From Minisyncoccota bacterium (lineage in GTDB: Bacteria > Patescibacteriota > Minisyncoccia > Phycocordibacterales > PALSA-1337): a stretch of 64,000 nucleotides of DNA. Position numbers and translations under genes: made by a program. The stretch covers positions 162,817 to 226,816 of the forward strand of contig JBAYJB010000001.1 in the NCBI GenBank assembly GCA_041665325.1. Direction: 5' to 3'. The notes under the pieces were generated by a model that had not been told where the DNA came from, did no database searches, and saw only the letters and a program-made list of their open reading frames with translations. How positions within the stretch are numbered: position 1 is the stretch's first letter; every line of letters starts with the position of its first letter. Shown in pieces: positions 19,419-29,825 of this stretch.

Positions 19419-20024
19419 CTAGCGCGTGTAGAACTCCAACACCGAACGGACATCGAACAAAAGGTCGTTCGTGTCGGCATCCGGGGCGCCAACCACCTTG
19501 ATCTCCCTCTTCTCGCCATCGACAGCGAGCCAGGCCGGTGATTTGGTGTTCTTGAGCTCCTCATCCAGCTTGGCGAACAGCGCCTTCTTCTTGCTGCCTT
19601 CGCGGATGCTGACCATATCGCCGAGCTGAACCTCGTAGGACGGGATGGTCACCTTCTGGTTATTGACCATAATGTGCCCGTGCGAGACCATCTGCCTCGC
19701 AGCCGAACGCGACAGGGCGAAACCGGCACGGACGACCACGTTGTCGAGGCGTCCTTCCAGGATATGGATCAGATTCTTGCCATTGTCGCCGGTCGTGCGC
19801 AGAGCTTGCTTGACATACTTGGTGAACTGACCGCTCGAAACGCCGTAGCTGTATCGAGCCTTCTGCTTCTCGAGCATCTGACGGCCGTATTCACTCTTCT
19901 GACCGCGACGCTTGGTGGTCTTGACCTTGCGCTGGGCGCGCATGGCGTACTTCTGGGTCTGCGTCTTACGGAAGACGGGGACTCCGAGATAACGCGCTTT
20001 TTTGTAACGTGGTCCGATTTGCAT
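19419..20024 (-). CDS. rpsD: 30S ribosomal protein S4
   Basis: SEYG.Q..EKQK, LEGRLDNVV, ARQMVSHGH..VN. Confidence 0.97.
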   Translation of the reverse strand: MQIGPRYKKARYLGVPVFRKTQTQKYAMRAQRKVKTTKRRGQKSEYGRQMLEKQKARYSYGVSSGQFTKYVKQALRTTGDNGKNLIHILEGRLDNVVVRAGFALSRSAARQMVSHGHIMVNNQKVTIPSYEVQLGDMVSIREGSKKKALFAKLDEELKNTKSPAWLAVDGEKREIKVVGAPDADTNDLLFDVRSVLEFYTR

Positions 20025-20033
20025 GATGGTATA

Positions 20034-20462
20034 TTATACGCGGCGAGGCTTCTTGGGCTTCGGTCCGTTGAACGGCACCGGCGTGACGTCTTTGATCGAG
20101 CTGATAGTAAAACCCTTACTCACGAATCCACGGATAGCTGATTCGCGGCCGGAACCGACCCCTTTGACGACGACATCGATCTCTTTGAGCCCGATATTGA
20201 CGGCTTTCAGGGCGAGAGTCTCGCCGACCTTGGCGGCAGCAAAAGGAGTGCCCTTCTTGGCACCCCGGAAACCTGACTGGCCGCTCGAACCCCACATGAG
20301 AGCGTTGCCCTTCTTGTCGGTCAAAAGCAGCTTGGTGTTATTGTAGGTCGACTGGACATAGAGGATGCCAGCTTCGACGCGCTTCTTGGAAGACGCCGAA
20401 ACAACCTTGGCATCGGCCTTAGCTTCCCCTCCTTGAGTTGTGACGATTCTTTTCTTTCCCAT
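20034..20462 (-). CDS. rpsK: 30S ribosomal protein S11
   Basis: STYNNT, GFRGAKK.TPFAA, G.GRESAIR, DVTPVP.NG. Confidence 0.98.
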   Translation of the reverse strand: MGKKRIVTTQGGEAKADAKVVSASSKKRVEAGILYVQSTYNNTKLLLTDKKGNALMWGSSGQSGFRGAKKGTPFAAAKVGETLALKAVNIGLKEIDVVVKGVGSGRESAIRGFVSKGFTISSIKDVTPVPFNGPKPKKPRRV

Positions 20463-20470
20463 GTTATTGA

Positions 20471-20851
20471 TTATGTCTTCTCTTCCTTACGACGACCGGA
20501 TCCCATAGTCTTCCTGACATTACCGCGGACTGTGCGAGAATTGGTCTTGGTGCGTTGGCCGCGCGCCGGCAGGTGGCGAGCATGCCTCGAACCGCGGTAA
20601 GCCTTGATATCCTTGAGGCGCTTGACGTTCGCGGCTACCTCGCGCTTGAGGTCGCCCTCGATCTTGAAGCTCTCGATGAGCTTCCTGACAGCATTCTCCT
20701 GCTCAACAGTGAGATCCTTGGGTTTGACCATGCCGTCGACTTTCGTCTCCAAAAGGACCTTCTGCGCGCGGGAGCGGCCGACGCCATAAATGGCAGTGAG
20801 GGCAATATACATCCTCTTGTTCTCCGGCAATGTTATTCCTAAAATACGCAT
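20471..20851 (-). CDS. rpsM: 30S ribosomal protein S13
   Basis: ALT.IYGVG, EGDL.R, YRG.RH...LP.RGQRTKTN. Confidence 0.98.
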   Translation of the reverse strand: MRILGITLPENKRMYIALTAIYGVGRSRAQKVLLETKVDGMVKPKDLTVEQENAVRKLIESFKIEGDLKREVAANVKRLKDIKAYRGSRHARHLPARGQRTKTNSRTVRGNVRKTMGSGRRKEEKT

Positions 20852-20855
20852 ATGA

Positions 20856-20972
20856 TTATCCTTGGCGCTGCTTATGACGCGGGTTAGCCTTGCAAACTAC
20901 GAAAACATATCCCCGCCTGCGGACGACGGTGCACTTGGGACATATGCGCTTGACGGAGGCTTTGACCTTCAT
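20856..20972 (-). CDS. rpmJ: 50S ribosomal protein L36 (not in ORF track)
   Basis: Manual translation [38 protein letters not shown]. Confidence 0.97.
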   Translation of the reverse strand: MKVKASVKRICPKCTVVRRRGYVFVVCKANPRHKQRQG

Positions 20973-20973
20973 A

Positions 20974-21198
20974 TTATAAACGTTTGGTGATACGCGCCCG
21001 TCCCCCGTATGGATCTTGTGTGAGTTCCACGCGGTCTCCGACTAATACACGGATCCGATTCATCCTCATCTTGCCTGCCAGATAGGCCAATAAGACCGTA
21101 TCGGTGCCGTCCAGAGCTACCCTGAACAACGTATCAGGCAAAGCCTCGGTGACAGTGCCAACGGCAAGGCTATTTTTTGGTTGAGGAGCTGTATCCAT
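20974..21198 (-). CDS. infA: translation initiation factor IF-1
   Basis: GTV.EALP..FRV.L, GKMR..RIRVL.GDRV. Confidence 0.96.
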   Translation of the reverse strand: MDTAPQPKNSLAVGTVTEALPDTLFRVALDGTDTVLLAYLAGKMRMNRIRVLVGDRVELTQDPYGGRARITKRL

Positions 21199-21259
21199 GC
21201 GTATAAACGCGTCGTGTGATATTAGCAGATAAGGCCCTGCGGAGTCAATAGAGCGGCTA

Positions 21260-22624
21260 TTATTGATCGCTTACGACTATAGAAATGCGCGCCGGATCAG
21301 TCGGCACGAACCTGGCCCATGAAGGAAATAGCGCCCCGGAGCTCTTGACGACATCGATGACTGACCTGTATGAATCTAGGACAGCTCCCGTGTCAGCGAG
21401 TGAAAGGCCGGCCAACTTGCCCTTGAGCTCGTCGGTCGGTACCGTCCCGATCAAGCGGAGATCACCCTTCATCCTAGCAATCAGAGTGTTGGCCTTGGCT
21501 CCGGAGAAGCTGCTCGGCTTGGCGATCGAGAAGGACAACTCCTCTAGTCCGGCCGGTTCGTACGGCAAGCCTCTGAAGGTCGCCACCTTCTCCGGGCCGG
21601 CGAGCTTCCTCACCAGTTCTTCCTTCTTGAAGAGGATACTGTAGAGCGTGCCATTCACCGTGAGGGTAGCCGCGGTGGCGTCGGAGCCACCGATCACCGA
21701 AGGCGAGAAAGTGACATCATAACCCGAGTCGTACATGATATAGCCGGCCGGCACTGCGGCCTTGGCCTGGACGAGCAGACGAGCGACAAGGTCAGCTTGG
21801 AGCGCCGCTGTGGTCGATGCCTGGAGAGTTGGATTGATGATCTTCTTGACCCCGCTGAAACCGCCAGTCAGATCGGTGGCCAATCTACCATAGAGAGCGT
21901 CGTATCGCGCGGTCCCCTTGTACGCGACGATCTTCATATCGCCGATGGCCTCCCTCATAGACAAGTTGTAGTCCGCGCCCGCGGCATCGGCTTGGACCGT
22001 GACGACGAGTTTGCCTGGGACCGTCACCCCTTTCGACACGGTGTATCCAGGGACGACGATAGAACCGGGCAGACGATAGATCAGTCCAGAATCTCCGGAT
22101 AGACGAGTGCCGGCGATCAGCCGTTGTGCCGTGGCCGAATAAAAATTGTACAAGGTGACCTTGCCGGATGATTTGGTGGAAACGAGCGGCCCATTCGTGG
22201 CCGGAACTGTGGCCTTGGCTTCTCCGACGAACTTGGCGATCTCATACTTCAGGTAATTGGGCGTGGAAGTCGATGTCGCCAAGACGGGAGTATCGATCTT
22301 CACGGGCACCGCGATCGGCACGACAGTGAATGTGGCGCGCGAGAAATAAACCGACGAAACATAGCCGACGCCGACAAGAAGCATCAGGACGGCGAGCGCG
22401 ATCAGGGCGAACCGGCCTTTCCTTCCCCATACCCTCTTGTTCTTGAGTACCGGCGGTGGCGGCGTGACACGATGGATGCGATGGATCGGCACTTCATGGC
22501 CTGTCTCCATCTTGCCCGTCGTAGAATTCTTGCGCTCAAACTCCATAGGGGCCACCTTGGCAAGAGAAATATCCCTGATGGAACGCCGGTCATTCACTTT
22601 GATATCTTCTATTCTCCGCGGCAT
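21260..22624 (-). CDS. single-TM protein with large extracellular domain (baseplate-J-like region suspected)
   Basis: TM near residue 75; G.VTLYN..Q.LIAGTRL....G..Y...IVVPG..V.A..AG.DYN pattern. Confidence 0.65.
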   Translation of the reverse strand: MPRRIEDIKVNDRRSIRDISLAKVAPMEFERKNSTTGKMETGHEVPIHRIHRVTPPPPVLKNKRVWGRKGRFALIALAVLMLLVGVGYVSSVYFSRATFTVVPIAVPVKIDTPVLATSTSTPNYLKYEIAKFVGEAKATVPATNGPLVSTKSSGKVTLYNFYSATAQRLIAGTRLSGDSGLIYRLPGSIVVPGYTVSKGVTVPGKLVVTVQADAAGADYNLSMREAIGDMKIVAYKGTARYDALYGRLATDLTGGFSGVKKIINPTLQASTTAALQADLVARLLVQAKAAVPAGYIMYDSGYDVTFSPSVIGGSDATAATLTVNGTLYSILFKKEELVRKLAGPEKVATFRGLPYEPAGLEELSFSIAKPSSFSGAKANTLIARMKGDLRLIGTVPTDELKGKLAGLSLADTGAVLDSYRSVIDVVKSSGALFPSWARFVPTDPARISIVVSDQ

Positions 22625-22650
22625 ATTTATTACATGATATCACAAAAGCC

Positions 22651-23817
22651 TCAAATAGGACGGCTGGATAAGTTGAAGATAGCCAGCGCGTACATACCGA
22701 CGATGCGCAAATGATCCGCCGAATCCTCGAACACCACATGCGGAGCGACCTCGTCGACCGTGAGGAGCTCGATCCTGGAACCAGGATGGCTAGCGCGGAA
22801 GGTGTCGACAAAGAATTTCTCGTGGGAGTGGGCGGCGATGATAGTACTTGGCGGCAATGGTTGGGAGATCCTGCTGTCCTTGAAGAGTTTGGTCATCTCA
22901 TCGCCCCAATTCTTGCCCAGCTCATTCATGACAGGTGTGATGGAACGAGCGTGATCCTCATCCAGATTATCTGCTTCGTAGAGCGAGATCAGAGAATCAG
23001 CCGCTTGGAGATCGGTCTTGGTCACCCTGGAAAGCCTTCGAACAAGGCCGTTAGCGCCCGTGGGGTATGAACAGAAGAAGACACACGAACCTCGATCGAC
23101 CACCACGACATCGGTGATCTCCCCGTGGATGTGGACGAGCGTATAGGCCTCGCGCGTCGGCATGATCGTGCGTAGACTGACATATTGGAGGAGGAGCGAA
23201 GAATGGAACAAGACTCGGCCGGAACGCACCGCTTGTTTCAGGGCATCCTTGAAGCGCTTCGTGGAGTCGAACCCTCCGACGGTCGCGGCATATGATATCT
23301 CGAGCTCGCGGGCGGCCTTGCCGACCCACGACGATAGTGAATAGCCGTTCAATCTGACCGCGAAGATCTTCTCTTCGATGACTTCGAGCGAGGTGCCGTC
23401 CTTGGGCATGAGCGAGCCCCTCTCCTTGGCCAAGATCGCCTCCATCTTGTCCTCGGTGATAGCCGTATCCTTATCGAATGACAGGGACAGCGTCCTAGCT
23501 TGCGAGACTACCCAAGGAGAAGACAGAACATAGTGTGCCTCGGCGATCTCCTGAGGCATCTCCAGATACGCCTCTTCCGAGCGGAAGTCATGGAGCCGGC
23601 GAAGGTTGGCATCCAGCGTCTCGGTCAAGGCCTTCATGGTCACTTTGATGAAATAGACGGTACCGACCTGCGGTTTGTACGGAACGATCCGGCTATCAGA
23701 GAAGAGGATGCTCGGCGGCAGACCGGGGCGGAACCAGAATAGAGAGCCCCGCACGACGGAGCTCTGGACTTCGAGGAGCAGGACGACTTTTCCCGTGGTT
23801 TTTCGGGAGAAAAACAT
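22651..23817 (-). CDS. hypothetical protein, degenerate FtsA/actin-like fold suspected
   Basis: LLEVQSSVV and LVHIHGEITDV resemble FtsA phosphate-loop strands; ..LNGY..; start 23817 by -10 spacing. Confidence 0.55.
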   Translation of the reverse strand: MFFSRKTTGKVVLLLEVQSSVVRGSLFWFRPGLPPSILFSDSRIVPYKPQVGTVYFIKVTMKALTETLDANLRRLHDFRSEEAYLEMPQEIAEAHYVLSSPWVVSQARTLSLSFDKDTAITEDKMEAILAKERGSLMPKDGTSLEVIEEKIFAVRLNGYSLSSWVGKAARELEISYAATVGGFDSTKRFKDALKQAVRSGRVLFHSSLLLQYVSLRTIMPTREAYTLVHIHGEITDVVVVDRGSCVFFCSYPTGANGLVRRLSRVTKTDLQAADSLISLYEADNLDEDHARSITPVMNELGKNWGDEMTKLFKDSRISQPLPPSTIIAAHSHEKFFVDTFRASHPGSRIELLTVDEVAPHVVFEDSADHLRIVGMYALAIFNLSSRPI

Positions 23818-23836
23818 GGTCAAATTATAACACAGA

Positions 23837-25621
23837 TCAACCGAGCACGGCTTTGATGCGGCGGATACCCTGGGCTACCGCCTCTTCCTTGGCGATCTTG
23901 AAGCGCCACTTCCCCTCCGGACCGGCCAATTCCTTGGTGCTCATGACATGCGGGCCGCCGCAGAATTCCTTGGAGTAAGCGGAGTTGAGGTCGTTGCCGA
24001 TGAAGTAGACCGAGATCATGTCGCCGTATTTCTCATCGAACGAGTGCCGGGCGTTGGTCTTCTCGGCCTCGGAGCGCGGCAATTCTATCTTGTTGACCGG
24101 CAAACCGGCCTGGATCTTCTCATTCACGATATCCTCCACGCGCTTCTTCTCCTCGGCAGTCAGCTTGGCGCCGTGGGCGAAGTCGAAGCGTAGACGTTCG
24201 ACGGTGATATTCGAGCCTTTCTGGGACACTTCTCCGCCCAGCACGTCATGAAGAGCTTGATGAAGGAGGTGTGTGGCTGTGTGATAGCGGATGATCATCT
24301 CGTCGCTCGCGTCCGCCAGGCCGCCTTTGAACTTCTGTGCGGCGCCAGCGCGGGAGAGCTGTTGGTGCACCTTAAACTTCTCCTCAAAATCCTTGATGTC
24401 AACCTTGATCCCCTTCTCTCTGGCTAGTTCAATGGTGAGTTCTAATGGAAAACCATAGCTTGAGAAAAGAGTGAAGGCGTCAACGCCCTTTTCGAATTCT
24501 TTCAGGCCCTGGATGAGAGCTTCGGCGAATTTACCAGCTTCTTCTACTAATGTTTTCTTTATAAGGTCTGATTTTGGGGCAAGTTCCGGATATGAATCAT
24601 TGTAGATGACACCCACAGCATCGGCGAATCTGGATATCTTGTCCGTATCGAGCTTCTTATCGGAGGTCTTCATGATAGCGCGGCGGATCAGGCGCCGGAG
24701 GATGTAGCCGCGGTCCGTGTTCGAGGGCGTGACTCCGTCAGCGATCAGGAACACAGCCGCACGCAGATGGTCGGCTATCACTCTTTGGTTACCGACGAGA
24801 TTTGACCAATTTTTCGTCAAATCCATGACTAGAGCAAAAAGGTCAGTATCGAAAATATTGTTCACACCCTGAAGCACTGCACTCAAGCGTTCTAGTCCCG
24901 CGCCAGTATCGACGTTGTTCTGCTTCAGCTTGCCGATGATCTTGCCTTCTTTCTTCTCATACTGCATGAAAACATTGTTCCAGACTTCGACAACCTTCTG
25001 TTCTTCATCGGCCTTGAGATATTCCTCTTTTGTCATATCACCTAGTCCATTCTCCGTGAGATCATAGAACATCTCCGTATCTGGACCACAAGGACCATCA
25101 TCACCCGCTTCCCACCAGTTTGGTTCCTTCTTGCCGTTCCATGTCAAAAAGTAGATTCTATTCTCTGGAATATATTTTTTCCATATATCAAAAGCTTCAG
25201 TATCTTTGGGCGCGTCGCCATTACCTCCAAAGACCGACACATACAACCGCTTCGGATCCAATCCCAACCCCTCTTTCTTATCGGTTAGGAATTCATAGCT
25301 CCACTTGATAGCATCTTCCTTGAAATAGTCGCCAAGCGACCAATTGCCGAGCATCTCAAAGAAAGTCCCATGAGTCGAGTCACCCACATCATCTATATCA
25401 ATAGTTCGCAGGCACTTCTGAGCACTTACCAATCTATTGCCCAGGGGATGCTTTTCACCAAGCAAATATGGGATGAGTGGCTGCATGCCCGCTGTATTGA
25501 AGAGTGTCGAGTTGGTCACACCTTTTTCGTCAGGGGTGACCAGCGAAGCCGATGGGATGATCGCATGGCCGCGTTTCGCAAAGAAGGACAGGAATCGGCG
25601 GCGGATTTCAGAGGAGGTCAT
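23837..25621 (-). CDS. alaS: alanine--tRNA ligase (lacks C-Ala domain)
   Basis: LFNTAGMQ, H.TFFEMLGN.S.GDYFK, DTG.GLERL, editing HTATH and CGGPH. Confidence 0.96.
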   Translation of the reverse strand: MTSSEIRRRFLSFFAKRGHAIIPSASLVTPDEKGVTNSTLFNTAGMQPLIPYLLGEKHPLGNRLVSAQKCLRTIDIDDVGDSTHGTFFEMLGNWSLGDYFKEDAIKWSYEFLTDKKEGLGLDPKRLYVSVFGGNGDAPKDTEAFDIWKKYIPENRIYFLTWNGKKEPNWWEAGDDGPCGPDTEMFYDLTENGLGDMTKEEYLKADEEQKVVEVWNNVFMQYEKKEGKIIGKLKQNNVDTGAGLERLSAVLQGVNNIFDTDLFALVMDLTKNWSNLVGNQRVIADHLRAAVFLIADGVTPSNTDRGYILRRLIRRAIMKTSDKKLDTDKISRFADAVGVIYNDSYPELAPKSDLIKKTLVEEAGKFAEALIQGLKEFEKGVDAFTLFSSYGFPLELTIELAREKGIKVDIKDFEEKFKVHQQLSRAGAAQKFKGGLADASDEMIIRYHTATHLLHQALHDVLGGEVSQKGSNITVERLRFDFAHGAKLTAEEKKRVEDIVNEKIQAGLPVNKIELPRSEAEKTNARHSFDEKYGDMISVYFIGNDLNSAYSKEFCGGPHVMSTKELAGPEGKWRFKIAKEEAVAQGIRRIKAVLG

Positions 25622-25649
25622 GATTGGGAAAGTTTAGCACAAGATCAGG

Positions 25650-27464
25650 TCATTTTTTAGCTGTCTTCAGCCACCTCCGATACTTCGCATCCATATCCTC
25701 GAAACTTTTGCTGTTATCAGCGATCTTCAGCTTACCGTGGACCATAGTGATGCGCCCGTTTAGATCAACGGGTTTTGAATGGATCGGCACTTTCTTAAGC
25801 CGTTCGATCCTTGCCTTAGCTTCAGTCAGAATGTCCTTGGTCGATCTTGTGACATTCCTGATGAATGCTTCCGGACTCAAAACCTTCCCCGTCGCCATTT
25901 TGATATTCCTCCCTGTCGGATAGAGCGAGCCATATGACCAGGCCTTGGCTATTTCCTTGCCAACCCTAGAATTGTCCACTATATACCCATATTTTTTGAA
26001 GAAATATTCACGCCACTGATGGACGCCGAGCTCAGCCAGACCGTACCCATGATAGTAAGCAGAAGTCTCCCATGAATAGATATGTGGAATGTTGAGCAAT
26101 CTGATCGAGTCCTCTGAATAATCAAAATATTTCTTATAGACTCTCTTGGCTATCTCCAACACCTTCTTGGCAGTGAGCGCTTTGCACTCATATATCTCCT
26201 TCTCGTACATGACGACGGCGATTATGTTCATCAAGCCAAGTGGACGCAGGGTCTCGAGCGCACGAACCTTACGTTCGAAGAGCTCGAAGGGATATACCCT
26301 GTCCTCAGAGTCCTTGGCGTAGCGCATGCACCATTCGATGCTCGAGGAGATCGTATCCATGAACATGCTCTGCGTCTCGGCCCAGGAGACACTACCTGGC
26401 GGATATTCAGTATTGATACAGACTTCTCTTTGCTTCGAATTCAATCTATCCGCCGCATGGCCGCCTTCGTGGAAAACCGTATGGATACCCTGTACGCCGG
26501 AGCCCATCTGGTCAGCGATGGCATTCGAGGAAAAATTCGCTGCAGCTGGCACCCTTTTGCCACTTTTGAAATGAACAAGATCAGGATAATGGCAAAAGCC
26601 GTTGTTGTATTTACCTTTCCTGTCGAGGAGGTCTAGCGTCACCTTACCTCCGGCAAATCCCACGCCAAGCGCAGCAAATGACCGTCCCCAATATGAGAGC
26701 ACATTTTCGAATCGGAAATACGGATCCTCCTCTTTGGTGAAGCTGCCTGCCATCATGTAAGCAAAGTTCCAAGGCTTGCGTAGGCTGTGCTTGGACTTCT
26801 CAATCTTGCGGATATCCGCAAAAGCGTATTTTGTCCTCTTGTATATCTTATCAAATACCGAGAAGAGCTCCCTCTTGGTCATACCCTCGTCGATGTAGGC
26901 TTTGTAAGCGTAGAAGTCCTCGTATCCGGCCTCGCGAGCAAACTGGTTACGTAATTTGACCGTCTCAACATAGTCTTCGAGCGTGGCGACGGGCAACTTC
27001 TCCATGGCCTCGAAACAGGCCTTGCGGATCTTCTCGTCTGGGTGTGTGCGCAGAAGAGTGCGCATCTTATTTACCGATGCCTCCATGAACTTCTTGGTCT
27101 TCGGATCGATGTAGCCCTCCGGACGCGAGGTACGCTGCTTCATCATCTTGGCTTCCAGATCATTGATCTTCTCCTTGATAGGCAAAGTGCTCGTCGGCGC
27201 CTGGTACAAGCTGAAGAAATGGTCCCAAATCTTGAGGCGCTCTCTGATTGCACCCCTCGTTGCTCCGATCTCTTTTACAACTTTATCTTTGAGCTTTGGG
27301 TCAGAACGGAAAGCGTCTCGAGCGGCTTGCGCCTTGTTCATCTTGGCATCGACGCTGTGATCGCCCATGTACGAGAGCCAGAAAGCATCCTCGTAGGCTT
27401 TGTGAAGCTTGAGATAAGTCTTGTTCAGGTATACAAGTAGATCCACAGCTGATCTGTTATTCAT
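25650..27464 (-). CDS. M3-family oligopeptidase
   Basis: LDL..RKGKY.NGFC, FHEGGH (HEXXH), AETQSMF, YYHGY. Confidence 0.85.
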   Translation of the reverse strand: MNNRSAVDLLVYLNKTYLKLHKAYEDAFWLSYMGDHSVDAKMNKAQAARDAFRSDPKLKDKVVKEIGATRGAIRERLKIWDHFFSLYQAPTSTLPIKEKINDLEAKMMKQRTSRPEGYIDPKTKKFMEASVNKMRTLLRTHPDEKIRKACFEAMEKLPVATLEDYVETVKLRNQFAREAGYEDFYAYKAYIDEGMTKRELFSVFDKIYKRTKYAFADIRKIEKSKHSLRKPWNFAYMMAGSFTKEEDPYFRFENVLSYWGRSFAALGVGFAGGKVTLDLLDRKGKYNNGFCHYPDLVHFKSGKRVPAAANFSSNAIADQMGSGVQGIHTVFHEGGHAADRLNSKQREVCINTEYPPGSVSWAETQSMFMDTISSSIEWCMRYAKDSEDRVYPFELFERKVRALETLRPLGLMNIIAVVMYEKEIYECKALTAKKVLEIAKRVYKKYFDYSEDSIRLLNIPHIYSWETSAYYHGYGLAELGVHQWREYFFKKYGYIVDNSRVGKEIAKAWSYGSLYPTGRNIKMATGKVLSPEAFIRNVTRSTKDILTEAKARIERLKKVPIHSKPVDLNGRITMVHGKLKIADNSKSFEDMDAKYRRWLKTAKK

Positions 27465-27557
27465 ATAGCCATGGTACATGCAAAGACAGATTTTGACAAA
27501 ATAAAAATCCGCCCCCATCATCGATGGAAAAGCGGACTGCATGCAGATGAAAAACTC

Positions 27558-27821
27558 TCATAGGTGACCAAATATCCCAATGAGAGATATACTCATCATC
27601 AAACATCCCAACATGAGACATGTCAGCGCGTGGTAAAGCTCGCGCTGCTTGATAAATGGATAAATGACATAAGCCGCGCCGCCAATGCCCACAACGATCC
27701 ACGCGGCTGTTGAATCATAGGGATTCCCAGGGTGACGATAATTGTGCCAAGAAACGACAACCAGGACTATGCTGCCAAGCAATTGCAAAACTGCGGACCA
27801 TGCGCAAAGTTTATTTTTCAT
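27558..27821 (-). CDS. small 3-TM hypothetical protein (solo cassette)
   Basis: Promoter TTGACA-N18-TATGGT at 27936-27907; hairpin plus A-run at about 27502-27537. Confidence 0.7.
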   Translation of the reverse strand: MKNKLCAWSAVLQLLGSIVLVVVSWHNYRHPGNPYDSTAAWIVVGIGGAAYVIYPFIKQRELYHALTCLMLGCLMMSISLIGIFGHL

Positions 27822-27946
27822 AAGCTGAAGTTCAGTTTGAAGACGCGGCGGAATGCCGTGTCTTTTTTCCTAAACTCCAACCTTACAGACAAGCTTGACT
27901 GGTAATACCATACTGCACATTATGAGATGTTGTCAATGCAAGGTAA

Positions 27947-28540
27947 TCAAATATATTTCTTCAAAATCTCAAAGTCTGCCTTGAGCGTGCCACGCATGCC
28001 GCCATTGTAGAGCGCCGCGGCCGGGTGATAGAGAGTGACGATCGCGATGGGCCCGTAAGATGCCTTGGCCTGGAATTCCCGTCCATGGAGTTTACTGATT
28101 GGCGCCAATTCTTGGCCGAGACCAAAATGATTCATGACATAGCCCATCGAGTGACGCCCAAGCGTAGCAATGACTTTCGGCTGGATGATGTCGATCTGTC
28201 TATTCAGGAATGGCGCGTACATCTCAATTTCCTCCGGCGTCGGGTCGCGGTTCTCCGGCGGGCGATCTTTAACGATGTTGGCGATGTAGACATCCTCCCT
28301 CTTCAAACCGATTGATCCCACTAGCTCGGTCAAGAATTTACCGGCCGCTCCGCAAAAGGGTTTTCCGGTCAGAGCTTCATTCTTGCCTGGGGCTTCCCCG
28401 ACGAACATGATGTAGGTGTCTAAATCCCCTTCCCCCACAACAGGAAGATAATGATTGCTCGTGCGATATCCAAATAGCGGCGACTTCTTGAAGGCGAGAA
28501 GCTCGTCGCTGATCTGCTTCATCTGGTCGGATTTACTCAA
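27947..28540 (-). CDS. uracil-DNA glycosylase, family 4
   Basis: MFVGEAPG..E..TG.PF.G.AG, NIVK.RPP.NR.P, YHPAA; Fe-S cysteines absent. Confidence 0.9.
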   Translation of the reverse strand: MSKSDQMKQISDELLAFKKSPLFGYRTSNHYLPVVGEGDLDTYIMFVGEAPGKNEALTGKPFCGAAGKFLTELVGSIGLKREDVYIANIVKDRPPENRDPTPEEIEMYAPFLNRQIDIIQPKVIATLGRHSMGYVMNHFGLGQELAPISKLHGREFQAKASYGPIAIVTLYHPAAALYNGGMRGTLKADFEILKKYI

Positions 28541-28551
28541 GGGCGTGATGC

Positions 28552-28920
28552 TTATTTGCCAGCGCGATGCCTCTTCTTGATCTCCTTGTATTTCTTCGAG
28601 CCCAGTTGTCCATCAACCGAACCCACGGGATATTTCTTGGCTGCCAGAGCGAGCTTTTGCCGGATGATCTCTTTGATATCGCAATCCAACAGGATAGACA
28701 TCTCCACGCAATAGATCAGGATATCCGCCAACTCTTTCTTAATCTCTTCTTTGATCAACGGGTCCTTCTCGACTTCTTCATTGAAAAAATTGCTCCACTG
28801 AAAATGCTCTAGGAGCTCGGCGGCTTCGATCACGATCGACTTGGCCACATCGCCCGGCGGCTGGCTATCCCAGCGGCGTTCCTTCATGAAATCCAAAACC
28901 TCTTTCTTTATATCTTCCAT
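28552..28920 (-). CDS. MazG-like nucleotide pyrophosphohydrolase (dCTPase-like)
   Basis: ER.W..., EAAELLEHFQW, ELAD, K...KYP. Confidence 0.85.
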   Translation of the reverse strand: MEDIKKEVLDFMKERRWDSQPPGDVAKSIVIEAAELLEHFQWSNFFNEEVEKDPLIKEEIKKELADILIYCVEMSILLDCDIKEIIRQKLALAAKKYPVGSVDGQLGSKKYKEIKKRHRAGK

Positions 28921-28931
28921 ATAGTTATCTT

Positions 28932-29786
28932 CTACTTCATCTGCTCTACCACCATCTGCGCTTCCGTCAGGACTTGCTCGGCTTGTTCTCCCCTCACCCC
29001 GATCTCCTTAAGGATGCCCGGCTGGCCGACGACATCGATGCAAGTGAGGATATTCCGCCCGATGATGTCCTGCTTCTGTTGTCTGGTGAGTGTCGAGAGA
29101 CAGGTCACCGGATGCAGGCCGTTGTCCTCGATGATCTCGTGGAGATTGCCCTTGTTGGGATAGTTCCATCCGATCATGTTGATATTGTTGCACTCGCCGT
29201 ACTTCACAGCCACATCAGTGAATTTGGTATTGGTGACTAGCCAGCGCCCTTTGGAAGAGAGCTTGCGCGGCTGGCCGCCGAAGTCGAAGACGGTCTCGGA
29301 GAGGTCGTCAAAGCGGGACTTCACATAGAGGACCACCTTGAGATCAGACTTGAGGCCGAATTCGTTGTGGAACTTGGCCTCGACCATCGAGAGCTCTTCA
29401 CCCTTCCAGGCGACCACATCCATCTCATGCTCCACGCATGTACCGAGGAGCATCTGGTCGGTCAGCGTCTCATACCCCCAAAGCCGGAAGATACGCGCCA
29501 CGAAACGCTCGAATGGAAATCCGTCCGGTCCGAGGTCGAAGAGGGCCCGGCGGACGGAGTATCTGATCGCCGTCTTGTGGTGGTGCTGTTCGCGCAAGAG
29601 GTCAAAAGCTTGGTTGTAGATGTCAGCCGTGGTCATACCATCGCGCATTCCTCCCACTACCTCGCCCACGATCGCCTCGATGACATCAGGCTTGGTGCCG
29701 ACGCGCTTCAATGAATTGACCAATTTACTCTCGTCAAAGAGCTCCTTGGTGCCGTTGGATTTCAGGATGGAGATTGGGTTAGACAT
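28932..29786 (-). CDS. ATP-cone domain fused to Mrr-like PD-(D/E)xK endonuclease
   Basis: ILKSNG.KE.FD.SKL..SL (ATP cone); GFPFE.FV, HE.DV, VEAKFH, LVTNTKFT. Confidence 0.8.
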   Translation of the reverse strand: MSNPISILKSNGTKELFDESKLVNSLKRVGTKPDVIEAIVGEVVGGMRDGMTTADIYNQAFDLLREQHHHKTAIRYSVRRALFDLGPDGFPFERFVARIFRLWGYETLTDQMLLGTCVEHEMDVVAWKGEELSMVEAKFHNEFGLKSDLKVVLYVKSRFDDLSETVFDFGGQPRKLSSKGRWLVTNTKFTDVAVKYGECNNINMIGWNYPNKGNLHEIIEDNGLHPVTCLSTLTRQQKQDIIGRNILTCIDVVGQPGILKEIGVRGEQAEQVLTEAQMVVEQMK

Positions 29787-29825
29787 AGGGAGATTATACC
29801 CTGAAAAGACCATGAATGAGAATCA

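Noticed and set aside
18386-19564. N-terminally extended RpoA, and similar extensions of rpmA, scpA, M3 peptidase, mnmA, frr and the desaturase
   Set aside because: Extensions overlap upstream genes or promoters; homology and -10 spacing support the downstream ATGs.
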